Source: the human T2T-CHM13v2.0 reference genome, Homo sapiens. From it: a DNA stretch of 64,000 nucleotides. Where the stretch lies: assembly GCF_009914755.1 (NCBI RefSeq), contig NC_060926.1; one strand, given 5' to 3'. Positions 1 through 12,100 of the stretch are shown here, piece after piece (position 1 is the first letter of the stretch; each line of letters starts with the position of its first letter). A program made the position numbers and the translations under genes. The notes under the pieces are model-generated. The model worked only from the letters and a program-made list of their open reading frames with translations, did not search any database and was not told where the DNA came from.

Positions 1-3000
1 AATACCCCAACATAAGTACATTCATTTATTTAGGGGATGTATATACACTATTACATTATGTTACATGTACATTACATAAACCAAACAGAAAATTAACAAT
101 GATCTAAATAGTACCCATAAATAAAAAATTTAAATTTTCTATCTGTACCCAAGTATATTATTCCTATTTTGGAGTCCACTGGTCTGGGAAGAAGGTACCA
201 TTTTCATCCATGAAATGAAAGGTCCTAGAATTTGCCTTTACAGCAAGTGAAGCACTTGGTGAGAATAATGAGTCTGGAGAAGCTTATGTAAATTATCTTT
301 TTTCCTTCTCAGCACCCATCGAGACCCGTCTGTATTATAGGTCGTCCTTCACTAATGGAAAATTCCTTTAACTAGACACTGGGATAGAAACACAGCTTCC
401 AGAAATGTGTTTCTCCCTGATGTGATTTGAAAGTATTATGCTGGCTATCTTTATGTTCTCAAAGTTCAGAATCAAAGAAGGAATTTTCAGATTAGTTGCA
501 GGTTCTCCCTTCCTTCTCCCCATCCCACTTTTGTAACTGGATGCGCTTTAATTCAAAAGGAAACTTTTCAGGCCATTAAGCTTCAGTACAGTTTAATGCC
601 TTTGGGCTGAGAGGCTTGAAATCATAGAGATGCCTGAATAAATGTTTTAAAATAAAATCTGGAACAAAAAGCACACTCTTTAAATTTATTTTAAGTTTGA
701 TTTTCTGCCTTGTTCAAATAAAAAATCTTGCTCATGTCCATGCTGCAAAAGCCCCAAAGAATGATGGCCCAGCCCAGCTTTGGAGTGGATGGGCCAAGTC
801 TGAGGAGATTGGGCTTATCTTAGAGGGAGGAGGGCCTCCTCTGGCTTCTACTTTTAAAATAGTTCCAAATGACCAGTTTGCATTCTAGGCCATAGTAACT
901 CTTTTGCAGAATGAATAGTATTTTCTTAAGCACTTTTAAGTTGTCATTCACAGCCTATTTTAAAAATGACTTAATGAGTAAAAATATGCTGTTTATAAGT
1001 CCCTATGTGCATATTTTTTTAGAATGGCTAAAACAGTAGTTTTGTTTGCACACATTTACTGCAGTGGCCAAGAGAGATGCGATTGTGGTCAGACTCCCTC
1101 ACAGTGATTCATGAAGGTCAGTGCTATCTGCCTGGTCATCTTTTTTAGGATCAAATTGGATTTTAGCAATTGATTCACTTGAACTTGCACAGACCTTCAG
1201 CCCCACTTTTCAAATAGGGAAATTAAGGTTTGCATATATGCAAATAACTTGCTCCAGTGTAAGCCAAAGGCAGTGGGGCAATGAGGAACACAGGTCACTT
1301 GAAAACCTAGCCAACTGTGTTGCCTGTAAACTATAGTGAAATCTCCTTAGAAGAGCTCTGGTCAGCAAGACAAGAAGTGAGTTCTTACTTCTAGACTGGG
1401 AAGGATTTGCCAAGCAAATTAATAATCCACAAAGAAAGAAAGTTTAGTGTATATGCCATTTTAAGTCCAGGAAAGCAACCAGTCATGTATAATTGGCATG
1501 CTAATTATGAATTATTTCTCTATTTGTTAACCAGATCCCTACATTATCTGTTACAAGCAGTGCCTTTCTAGCTGTATGAGTTATGTATGGTTTACAGAAA
1601 TGAAACTACATTGATTTAAAACATTCTCTAATTCAGATTAGACTGAATGAAGTTCATGTAGCAAGAACTCTTTGCTTCTTGTCCTAATTTTAAAAATTAG
1701 CTTTATTCATAAATTTGTTGTTGTTTAATATTTGTGGGGTTTGGAATACTTTTATTATTTAAAATTAACAATCATTCTAACTTTAAGTAGGAAACTGCAT
1801 TTTAAAAACCATTTTCCACCAAGAGGAAGATTTAACTTTATTTTTTAAACCGTATCTCTATGAGCCACGTCATTAGGAGCAGCCCAGGCAAAGATAAAAT
1901 TTAAATGAAAAGTAAATTTTCTTGTAGGAATGGGCTGTATCAAATCTTTAAGTGATTGTTTTAATATCTTATGTCCTTTTTAGTTAGATATTCCAGGAAT
2001 AATCCAAAACCCTTGAAAAAAACTTTAAAAATATGTCCTTTGTTGCTTTTTAAATCAGTGTGGTGCTTTAGGAGTTTCAGATAAAATGACAGAGACCACC
2101 TCAATATTTCTCAGTAAAAAGGAGGATCCAGTGATATTATACTTTATTATAATACCCTCAAATAAAAATGGAAAAATAACTAGGGACTGTATACCCATAC
2201 AATCCTGCAAATGCAGAGTCACTAATTGACTTGAGTTTTTTGACAAATCTTCTGGTTCAAATTAATTCATGTTAATCAGATCTAGGCCACCAAAGACTGT
2301 CTAGAAGGATTTAGGAGATGTACAGCTCAGGCCAGTCATGAGAGAATCAGAATTCTTTTAAAGAGCTACAGTTTTAAATTGTGAAGTGTTGAAAATGGGA
2401 AAACTCATTTTTTTTTTTTATTGGAAAACTGAAGTCAATCTAGAGCACGTCTTCTCAGCAGAGAGTAACATTGATTTGGGGGTTGGGAGTTCTTGATGAT
2501 TAGTTTTCAAATAAGGATGCCATCCTCTGCAATTCTGAATCATGCCTGGTTTCATCTTCACTTTGAAAACTAGTTATTTTCATCCAGAAAAAAGCATTTT
2601 CTACGCAGTGGTAATATCACAATGAAATTTTATCAAATGCCTCAGTAATATATAGTCATCAATGAATCTAACAAGGATAAATTTTATAAGAAAACCAATA
2701 AAAGAAAATGATTGTATTGGTTACTAGAGCCAGCATCCAGAAATGAAAAATAGAAAGGAAAATATCACTTTGCATCGGACAGCATTTCAGTATATATAAT
2801 ATGTTGGGATCTTCTCTTCAAAGTTATTAGGTATCTAGCGGAACAACAGGCAGCAAAGGGATAAAAATACTTCAGCCCTTTTAAAATGTCAAAAACAACG
2901 TGAAAACCACTGTTTCATCCCTAATCTGTTGTCTGAATAAAGTGCAGTTTTCTGTCCCACTGAAATGTTTATGTGTTTAAGTCAAAATGTGCTGTGAGCC

Positions 3001-3038
3001 ACTGTTTGGAGATGCATCTACACGTGGGAAAAACTATT

Positions 3039-3274
3039 GGCTCACTGCAATCTCTGCCTCCTGAGTTCAAGCGATTTTCCTGCCTCCCGAGTAGCTGGGA
3101 TTACAGGTGCCCACCACCACGCCTGGCTAATTTTTTTGTATTTTTAGTAGAGATGGGGTTTCACCATGTTGGCCAGGCTGGTCTCGAACTCCTGACCTCA
3201 AGTGATCCACACCCCTGCCCCTCCCCCAGCCTCTCAAAGTGCTGGGATTACAGATGTGAGCCACTGCACTGGCC
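3039..3274 (-). mobile_element. AluS-family SINE, partial (no tail or 3' end of right arm)
   Basis: GGCTCACTGCAA...GTAGCTGGGATTACAGG...CAAAGTGCTGGGATTACAG...CACTGGCC matches Alu reverse complement. Confidence 0.93.
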
Positions 3275-4074
3275 TGAATTGTCTCGATCTTTTACTGGTA
3301 ATTATAGGCCCATGATTTTGCCCTTTATTTCCAACTTCTAGTGGTCTAGGGGGTGCCTTGTCTCATATTGGAGAAGGCTGGCATTGCAGACAGGCAAGTT
3401 TTCTTTGAACTCACTGGGTCAGCAGCTGATCAGGGCTCTCAGGAAGCCAAGGAAGTGATTCTCAGCCCCTTCAGATCCTGCTCATTTGGGGATTTGGGGT
3501 ATTTCTAATGCCATCCACCTCTGAGTAATTGGATCTTTATTTTTAAGAGTGCTGCTCTGAAGTACTTAGCTTTGAAGAATATTCAAGGGTCCCACTACTG
3601 GCCAGGAGGGCTGCATGTGGACTGCAGGACTCTCTGATTTATGGGGCTTCTCTTTTCCCTGTTCAGCAGGGAGTCACTTGCCAGATACTGAAACAGAAAT
3701 ATGACTCTTGGTGGTGATAAACATTCAGAGAAGAGGGCATGAAATGTGACTGAGCAAGGAACTGAAGAAGAAAATAACATTTTATTAATTGCACTACAGT
3801 CAGCCTCTATCTCCATGAGATTGTATGGGGGCCCTTCTTTTGGGTGGTAGATAGAAAAATATGAAGCTATGCATCACCAAGCACTGGTCAAGCAGGAGAT
3901 TTTCACAATGGCTGCTTTTTGCCTGCTGTTTCAGAAGGGTTGATTCATTTTAAGATACAGATAAGATGGAGATATCTCCCTTTACAAGTGAATTTTATTT
4001 TGTTTTGTTCTTTCTTTTTCTAGGACCAGGTTGAGTAGCCTTGTGCTGGAGTTGAAAGACATTTTATCTGAACT

Positions 4075-5585
4075 GATATTTGTCTATATCAAAAAGGATA
4101 TAGACAAACTTCTCTATTTTTAGTTTGCTAAATTTTTGTCACAAATGGGTACTGAATTTTGTCGAATGCTTTTTTTTTTTTAACATAAATTGATAAGATC
4201 ATGTGGTTTTTCTTCTTTAGCTGGTCAATTTGTTGGATTACATTGTTTGATTTTTGAATAATGAACCAGCCTTATATACTTGGAATAAATCTCACCTCGT
4301 TGTGATATATAATTTAAAAAATATGTTGCTGGATTCAATTTGCTAAAATTTTGTTGATTTTATGTCTAAGTTCATGAGAGATTTTTATCCATAGGTTGCT
4401 TTTTTTTGTGCTATTTGTTTGCTTTTTGTATTAGGGTAATGTTGGTCTCATAAAATGAGGTGTTCCCTCCTTTTCTATTCTCTGAAAAAGATGATATAAA
4501 ATTAATGCTAATTTTTAAAATGTAAGGTAGAATTCTCCAATGAAACTATCCAGGCCCAGGAATTTCTTTTCTGGAAACTCTTAAATTACACATGCTATTC
4601 CTTTAATGGTTATAGGACAATTCAGATTTTTATTTCATCTTGGTTGAGATTTGGTAGTTTGTTATTTTCCAGGATTTGGTCTATTTCTTCTAAGTTGTCA
4701 AATTATGAATGTAAAGTTGTTTGTAGTATCCCCTTTTAATCTGTATTGAAACCCTCTGCAGGAACTATACTGAAATCTCTTATTTTATTCCTGAGATAGG
4801 TGATTTGTGTCTTCCCTTTGTCCTTGTTAGTCTTGCTAGAAGTTAATCAACTTTATTGCTTTTTTTTAAAAAAAAAGAAACAGCTGTTTGTTTATTGATT
4901 TGCTCTATTGTTTTCCTGTTTTCAGTTTCATTGGTTTCTTGTCTTTTCTTTATTGTTTCCTTCCTTCTGCTTGGTTTGGGTTTATTTTGACCCTTTTCTG
5001 TGTTTTGTTTTGTTTTAGGCTAGTCAAGTGGAGCAGTGAGAGTGGAGAACTTTTTCTGTTTTTTTAAGGTAGGAACTTAGATTATTGATTCGAGACTTTT
5101 CTATTTTCTAATACAAACATGTTTCCTTCTCAGCACTGCTTTATTTGCATTCCACAGATTTATTATGTCGTATTTTCACTTTCAATTTAGTTCTATGAAT
5201 TTTTAAAAATTCTTTTGAGATTTTTCTCTTACACTATAGATTATTTGGACAGTGTTGTCTTATTTTCAAGTGTTTGGAGATTTAGCTGTTGTCTTTCTAT
5301 TGTTAGTTTCCAATTTGATTTCATGATTGTCATAGAACATATATCATTTCAATTTTTATGAATTTGTTGAGGTTTGTGTTATGACCCAGCATGTTGGTCC
5401 ACCTTGGCCTATGTTCCACAGCCTTCTGAAAAGAATGTGTTCCTGCTGCTGTTGATAGAAATATCATTTAGATCCTCTTGGTTCATAGTGTTCTTCTGTT
5501 CTCCTATATCTTCGCTAATTTTCTGTCTAGTGATTTTATCAGTCACTGAGGGGGTGATGAAGTCTCTAACTGTAATTGTGGCAAT
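4075..5585 (-). mobile_element. Old L1M (ORF2-region) fragment
   Basis: T-rich antisense L1 motifs (GATAAGATCATGTGGTTTTT, GCTGGATTCAATTTGCTAA, GAAAAGAATGTGT, AAGTCTCTAACTGTAATTGTG); boundaries approximate. Confidence 0.85.
5001..5049 (-). pseudogene. 5'-truncated Y3 RNA retrocopy (3' 33 nt plus A-rich tail)
   Basis: 5017-5049 AGGCTAGTCAAGTGGAGCAGTGAGAGTGGAGAA matches the reverse complement of the hY3 3' end with 2 mismatches (recalled consensus); T-rich tail 5001-5016; flanking CTTTT(T)CTGT repeats. Confidence 0.85.
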
Positions 5586-5645
5586 ATGTGTTCGAACAAG
5601 ACTTCCAGGTGGTTTTGATTATGCTGAAGTTTGGGAACAAGTGCC
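5586..5645 (+). mobile_element. MER5A-like hAT fragment
   Basis: AACAAG..CCAGGTGGTTTTGAT..AAGTTTGGGAAC resembles the MER5 terminus. Confidence 0.6.
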
Positions 5646-5759
5646 TTTAACTATTTGCAAATTTCAACGTTATGAAAGGAATCCCCTTCAATATTGAGAA
5701 AACATGACTTTTTTGGTGAAGTTGAAACTCCCTAGCTTAGGTTCTTTTCTTCCAATTCA

Positions 5760-6318
5760 TCCTTCTGATCATTAGGTACCTTTAATAAAGAAAATTCCAA
5801 TTATATCACTCCCAGGGACACATTTAATGACTCTCTGCTGCCATCGAGTTAAGCCTAACTATCTTAGCTTGAATGGTCTAGCCTCCTCTCCAGCACTGGA
5901 ATTTGCTACCATCCTGTATGGGTTCTGCTCTCTACCAGACTGGACAAGTCATAATGTCTCACATCCACACCGTGCCTTCTTTCCCCTGGGTTTTCTTCAT
6001 GCATTTTTTTTTACTGAAATGTCTTCCCTCCATATGTATTTTTTCCTGTCTTTCTATTTCAAATAATACCTTCTGATCAGGAGTTTTCTTAATATCTGAA
6101 CAATATAGAATTTCTCCCTTCTCTGAGTCTCCATGGCAGTTTTTGTCTTTCTTTCCCATTTCTTTTTTACATGTTTCTTCTTTAGAGTTATTTGGGATTT
6201 TATCTTCTCTCTCCTGCTAGATTGCAATTTTATTGAAGCCGCGGACTCCATCTTTGTATTTCCAGCAGCACATCACATGGTTTCTTAAAATATTTTAAAA
6301 TATTTGTTGAATTAAATT
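5760..6318 (+). mobile_element. L2 3' fragment
   Basis: Degenerate L2 ending in AAATATTTGTTGAATTAAAT. Confidence 0.6.
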
Positions 6319-6647
6319 TTCTGGACAATTAATGATACTTAATGTGCCATTGCTTTGTTCCTATAAAATTAAAGAAGATTTCTAAAGTGAGTAAAGACAG
6401 TGTCCCCTTTCAAGGATCCTGGAAGTAAACTATTTTTCTTTTTTAATGAAAGAGCATTCATTAGGAATTTACGGTGTTTCTAAAGTGGCCTTTACATATA
6501 TTTTAAGCCCTTTTTAAAGTAATGGTACTGCAGTAAAATACATAGCAATATAAATGTAATTGCCAATGCTCATAGTGATTCTAATGTCTAAGTGTAAATG
6601 ATCTCTACCCTCCTCTTTTTTATCCCCTCTACCACTCTCATGGGCTG

Positions 6648-7043
6648 TGTCTTAGTCCATTTTGTGCCACTATAACAGAAAACCTAAGACTGAGTAATTT
6701 ATAAAGAATAGAGGTTATTTCTTACGGTTCTGGAGGCTGGATAGTCCAAGATTAAGCGACTCACACCTGGTGAGGGTCTTTTTTCTCATCATTCCGCGAT
6801 GAAAGGTGGAAGACAAAGGGGAGGGGAAGGAGGAGGAGAGAGAAGGAGCCTGAACTCATCTTTTTATCAGGAATCCACTCCTGCAAAAACTAATACACTC
6901 CTCATAAGTGGGCATTAGTCCATTCATAAGGACAGAGCCCTCATGACCTAATCACCTCTTAAAGGTTCTACCTTTCAACACCATTTCATAGAAGACTAAG
7001 TTTCCAACACATGAACTTTGGGAGACACAGTCACACTATCGCA
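6648..7043 (-). mobile_element. MaLR solo LTR (MSTD/MSTC-like)
   Basis: TGTCTTAGTCCATTT...GTTCTGGAGGCTGG...CCCTCATGACCTAATCACCTCTTAAAGG...CA; imperfect 5-bp TSD GGCTG/GGTTG. Confidence 0.88.
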
Positions 7044-7079
7044 GGTTGTTTCCAATAATCTATTCCTTGGACTATTGCC

Positions 7080-7215
7080 ATGTTTCCTAAACCTGCCTGG
7101 TTATAAGGATAGCCTAGAGAGCTCACTAAAATACAGATTCCTTGGCCCCACCCAAGATCTCCAAAGAAAAATCTGGGAATTTATATTTTTAGCAAGCATC
7201 CCCTGTGATTCCAGT
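7080..7215 (+). mobile_element. MER5B/MER5A-like hAT fragment
   Basis: AAATACAGATTCCTTGGCCCCACCC...TTTTTAGCAAGCATCCCCTGTGATTC. Confidence 0.65.
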
Positions 7216-7949
7216 TTTCAGGCCATGCCTTCTAATAGTTTCAATTTCTCACCTCTCCAATCCATGATTTGTCTGTCATGTTACTTAACCATCAATTTTA
7301 TTGCAAACTACTTTCATCAAGTATTTGCAGTTTGTAATTGAGATGATAGTGTCTCTGAATGCTTGATTTTCTAAATGAAAGGGACTTTCATGGTGGTCTG
7401 GTTAGGAATCATGGAATGCTTAGTTTCCTCAATAGAAGCACAAAATATATTATTATTTTCCCCTAACCAGAATACATTGTTGGATATTACAAGAACAAAA
7501 GAAAAAATCTTTTCACAGTATAATATGGAAACATTGCAGAAAGCAATATGAAACCATCTTACCTGTGCTTTAGGGCAAACTATGTTACACTGTGTATATC
7601 TTAGCTTGAGTGGTATAGCCTCTGAAGTAAAATACCATAGGTATTATACTAAAGAACTGATACAAAAGCATTTCAGGATGTCCTGAGAATGTGTTGGATA
7701 GAATAACTCAATCCATTTGGTGCTCTATAGTATAAAAAACTAGGTAATTGCAAATGGGATGAAATAAATTTACTCCTAAGGTGATATAATGTCTACTAAT
7801 GTTACCATGCGATTGCCAGGTAGCAACTTTGAGTGTCATAAAACAGAAGAGCAACATTGCTATCTTGGCTTTAGAGTCAAAAGGGATTTTAGAAAGTATA
7901 TCATTTAATCCTATTGGTTATAGACAATAAAATGGTGGATATTTGAACA

Positions 7950-8155
7950 ATTATATCAGGACAGACACTGTTGTAAATGTTTTACATGTACAGCATCATT
8001 TCATCTCACTGCCTCTGAGTTAGGTTACTATTGTTGTTTACATATAGGAAAACAGAGCAACAGAGAGGTTAAGTCACTTGCCCCAAAGCACACAGCTAAT
8101 GAGCAGTAGATTGGAGTCAAGGTAGTCCTACTCCAGTCTGCTCTCTTAATTGCTA
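7950..8155 (-). mobile_element. MIR SINE
   Basis: MIR core CAGAGAGGTTAAGTCACTTGCCCCAAAGCACACAGCTA. Confidence 0.8.
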
Positions 8156-8560
8156 TTCTCTTCTGAGGAAATAAGCCACAAATGTACTAAGGCAAATCCC
8201 TTTCCCCCAATAAGGGCAAAGCACAGCTTTCTTGGCTGTGACCAGTGTCCTTTCTACCTCACCAGGCTAAGTAAAAACATATCAGACAAATTGCCATGTC
8301 TTTGAGACCCCTTACTGTCATCAGTTGGAATATGCTGCATCTCATAGCTACAGCTATGTAAATACTGGAAGGTAAATACTTTCACTAATAGTAACAGCAA
8401 GATTTTCTAAAGTTTGCCTTAATTTCAAGTCTACAATTTTTCCATTCATAGACAGATAATTATCTTACTGCCACCATTACATTAATTAAAATGTAAGAAC
8501 ATTATAAATAACCAAAACAAATATTACCACTTAAGAGTTACTTTGTTTTTCATATGCATG

Positions 8561-8942
8561 TGTTATGGGCTAATTTGGGTCTTCTCCCAAATTCCAACAT
8601 TGAAGTCCTAACCCTCACTACCTCAGAATGTGACTGTATTTGGACACAGGGTCTTTACAGAAGTAATTAAGGTAAAATGAAGTCCTATGGGTGTGTCCTA
8701 ATCCAATATGACTGGTATCTAATACAAAGAGATTAAAATACAAATAACACAGACAGAGACCATGTCAGGACACAACAAGAAGGTGGCCGTCTGCAAGCCA
8801 AGGAAAGAGACCTCAGAGGAAACCAACTTTGTCTATACCTTGATCTTGGACTTCCAGCCTCCAGATATGTGAAATGATACATTTCTGTTTCAGCCACCCA
8901 GTCTGTGGTATTTTGTTATGGCAGCCCTAATAAACTAATACA
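8561..8942 (+). mobile_element. MaLR solo LTR (MLT1B/MLT1A-like)
   Basis: TGTTATGGGCT...CCTCAGAATGTGACTGTATTTGGA...GGACTTCCAGCCTCCAGA...GGCAGCCCTAATAAACTAATACA. Confidence 0.9.
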
Positions 8943-9019
8943 GCGTAATTGTCAGAGCTTATATAATCTTGGGAATATTGATACTTGAGAAAGCACTTTG
9001 GTCATTAAGGGGATTCTTT

Positions 9020-9190
9020 TTTTTTTTAAATTAAATTAAATTAAGTTCTGGGATACATGTGCAAGACATGCAGATTTGTTACATAGGTAAACGTGTACCA
9101 CGGTGGTTTGCTGCACCTATCAACCTATCACCTAGGTATTATGCCCCACATGCATTAGCTATGTATCCTGATGCTTTCCCTTCCCTGCCC
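9020..9190 (-). mobile_element. Very short 5'-truncated L1PA (about PA8-PA10) 3' UTR with TSD
   Basis: GTTCTGGGATACATGTGCA...GGTTTGCTGCACCTATCAACC; 13-bp TSD AAGGGGATTCTTT at 9007-9019 and 9191-9203. Confidence 0.92.
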
Positions 9191-12100
9191 AAGGGGATTC
9201 TTTATTTACTTTGCATAGAGCAATCAGCAAATTAAATATTTGCTTTGAATACAGCAATTAACAAAAAGAATTGTCTAGTTCAGGATATGTTGCCCCTCTC
9301 TGTGAACATATTTTCCTTCATCGGTAAGTTTAATTTGAATTTCTTCGTAAGGGCCCCAGAAATCATTCCTCATTTTTGCTCATCCCTTCAATCAGCAACT
9401 TTCTCAAATCCAGTAACACTGACCATTCTCCTGGCTTTTCATGTCTTTAACCAAGGCTCTAGATTGAGGTAGACAGCCTGGTAACTAAGTAGGGCAGGGA
9501 GTTCTGGCTTAGCAATTGTTCTGTGGCTTGGTCAGTAGTTAAGCCCTTTTAGTAGTTGGCCATCTTGGGGAAAATTTCTGTTCTTCAATACCCGGTGAAG
9601 ATTAAAAAAAAAGAGAGACAAATATGCTTTCGGAAAGTAGGGCTTTGGAAAGTAAGTTCTGGCAATTATAAGGAGCATTAAGGAAATTGTACTTATTTCC
9701 CCCAGGCTCCCACAGGAAGGACTATGGCAAAAGTTCTTGGGAAAAAGATGTGTAGAAAGGTCATCTTTCTGTCTGGAGCTTTCAAACTTAAGATGTTATT
9801 AGCAAGTACATGTTATTCGCTAGTTTATTTGAAAAGTATTCAATACAAGCCCTTATACCTCTTCTTCCAAACTCAAAGGAACGTTAAAAACTTTTATGCT
9901 GTTTCTTTTGTTTAGGTCTTTTGCAAAACAGCATGAGAAAGATCATTCTTTTTCTTCTAGAATGAAATGTCTGTATGGGTGAAAGGAAGGAGTTTGGATA
10001 CCCTAAACTTTTCTCAGTTTTGTCATAAATATCAGTACATAAGATAAAACCAATGCCATCAAACACACACCACCAGAACATTCCTCAAGCAGAGTTAGAC
10101 TGGGGCAAAATGCTCACTGTAAATTTTGATAGCACATAAAAGACTTTAATGTCTCTAGGTCCACAAAGCACCAAGAAGTGGCAAAAATGACAATTGTAAT
10201 GGAAAAAGAAAAACACAATTCTGTCACGTTCCAGAATTTTAAATTATGTCAGGTTTTAGATGCATTTTGGTAGCTTTACATCCATAAAGTTCTAGGAAGT
10301 AGTAAAAACAAGAACAGTTTTTAAAAATTCTGACACGTCCCAGAAAGTTCTAATTGTGTCAGATTTTAAATAATTTTTTTTCTTTCACAGATAACATATA
10401 TTTCACAAACATACACATGATTCACTAGATGTTTATGATCATATTTTGGTGGGATGGAGGCCTGAGAAGCAAATCACATGAATATCTTTAAGCATATTAC
10501 TGTAGTTACCGACTTCTGGGAACATGAACTGAGGTATTACTCATGATGCAAAAGTAACATGACTTTCCTGTTTTTGCTGCTAGTTTCCTATTAAACAATT
10601 GCTGCTGGCAGCCATAATAATGTTGTGAACATAAAGCTTTCTTCGTCTAACATTCCTGACAAGTGCTTGATTGTCCAGAAAAAGCCATCTGTATGTATCT
10701 GAAATCTTGTAGGATGCTATGTGTCACTATTTTTTCACAAAGAAATGTCTGCATCGGGGTGTAGGTGGTCTCTAATGCATTTCTTTAAGTGTTGATTTCT
10801 TTATAGCCAGTCACAAGCAGATGCCCCAAATGAGTAAACCAGTATTGAATCCTTGAACCACCAGTCCTATTAGCCATGGGGTGGATGAGCTTCCAAGTAC
10901 AAAGGAGAGGGCAAAAGTGGGATCCTTTCTTCCTCAGACTCAATAATTCTCTTGAAGTGGTGGTTTAACAGGTGGAAAATGATGTGAAACTTTAAGAACA
11001 ACAAGTCAAATGCATGGCGAGGCTCCAGGGATTTGTAAAGGGATATGGACGTTTCTAGTGCAGATTACCAGGTCATCAGTTCAAATGCAGCTGTGCTTAG
11101 CTATCACTAAACATGGTTATGCATGATGACTGCCTGGGTCTGTTGTGAAGTGGGGTGGTGCTCTTGGTTCCCTAGTAGACAGCTGGGGAGCTGAAAACCC
11201 AGCTAAGAGGACCACGATTTCAATTGGCACTCATGGAAATTTGAACTCACCAGGAGACCCAGGCTTGCTGAACCCTCAACTCTCTACCTTCTTAAAGCAT
11301 CTCCTGGGCTCTGCAAGCTCAGGACGTGTGCTGAAATAAAGCACATCCTGTGACTGTGTGAATGGCATTAATTCTGTCAGCCCAGAGAAAATCTTTCATG
11401 CATGGATCCAGCTGGCCGGTAATCGAGCCGGTGAATAGAGGACTTGGCTTCCCAGTTTGACTTCTTGTCTCTGAAAAAGTCACACAGTTCTGAATTTCCT
11501 CCAGGCCCCTGTCTCACCCCAAAGTGCCAAGAGGTGTCCCAGGAATTACCTCCAAGAGTGTCATGGTGCAGTCCTTGGATGCGGCTCAGTTGCAGTAGGA
11601 TTTGTGTAAATGTATATACCATGTTCACAGAATCTCCAATTCTGTCACACATTTTTTAGGACTATGACTGTGTTGGAACCCAGGAGCCAGGGCTCAGCTT
11701 CCCATGAAATAACGAACAGTTTTTAAAAGACAGGAAAGTAATCACATCTTTGGTAGTCAGGTTAGGATTATGCTATTCAAGCCAGCTCTGCGCAGAGACA
11801 ATAGCAGCTGCTGGGTTCCCTGTAGTTGGAGAAACAGACAAGCGGAATGCTGTCTTTCTATGATCCCCATGCCTGCTCTGACATCCATCCCAGACCAAAG
11901 AGTCTAGGGGCTGGCAGAGGCAGCTGTGGCTAGGCAGAAAGAGCAACAGTTTGGGGTTTTAGAACATTGAGTTACAGTCTTTGATCTGCCAAGAATAATC
12001 CTGGCTAGTCCCATAGCCTCTTTAGAACCTCAGTTCCCCCATCTATAGCCTTTCTATTGCACTAGAAAGGCTTCTGATGTGGTTTCCAACATGCTATTTT

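Noticed and set aside
2973-3341. 122-aa ORF (and similar ORFs at 18888, 39123, 47103, 47522, 48499)
   Set aside because: Translations of Alu sequence (e.g. [21 protein letters not shown]), not genes
3340-3358. CTCF-like GGTCTAGGGGGTGC (also partial matches near 30931 and 35570)
   Set aside because: Mismatches at key core positions
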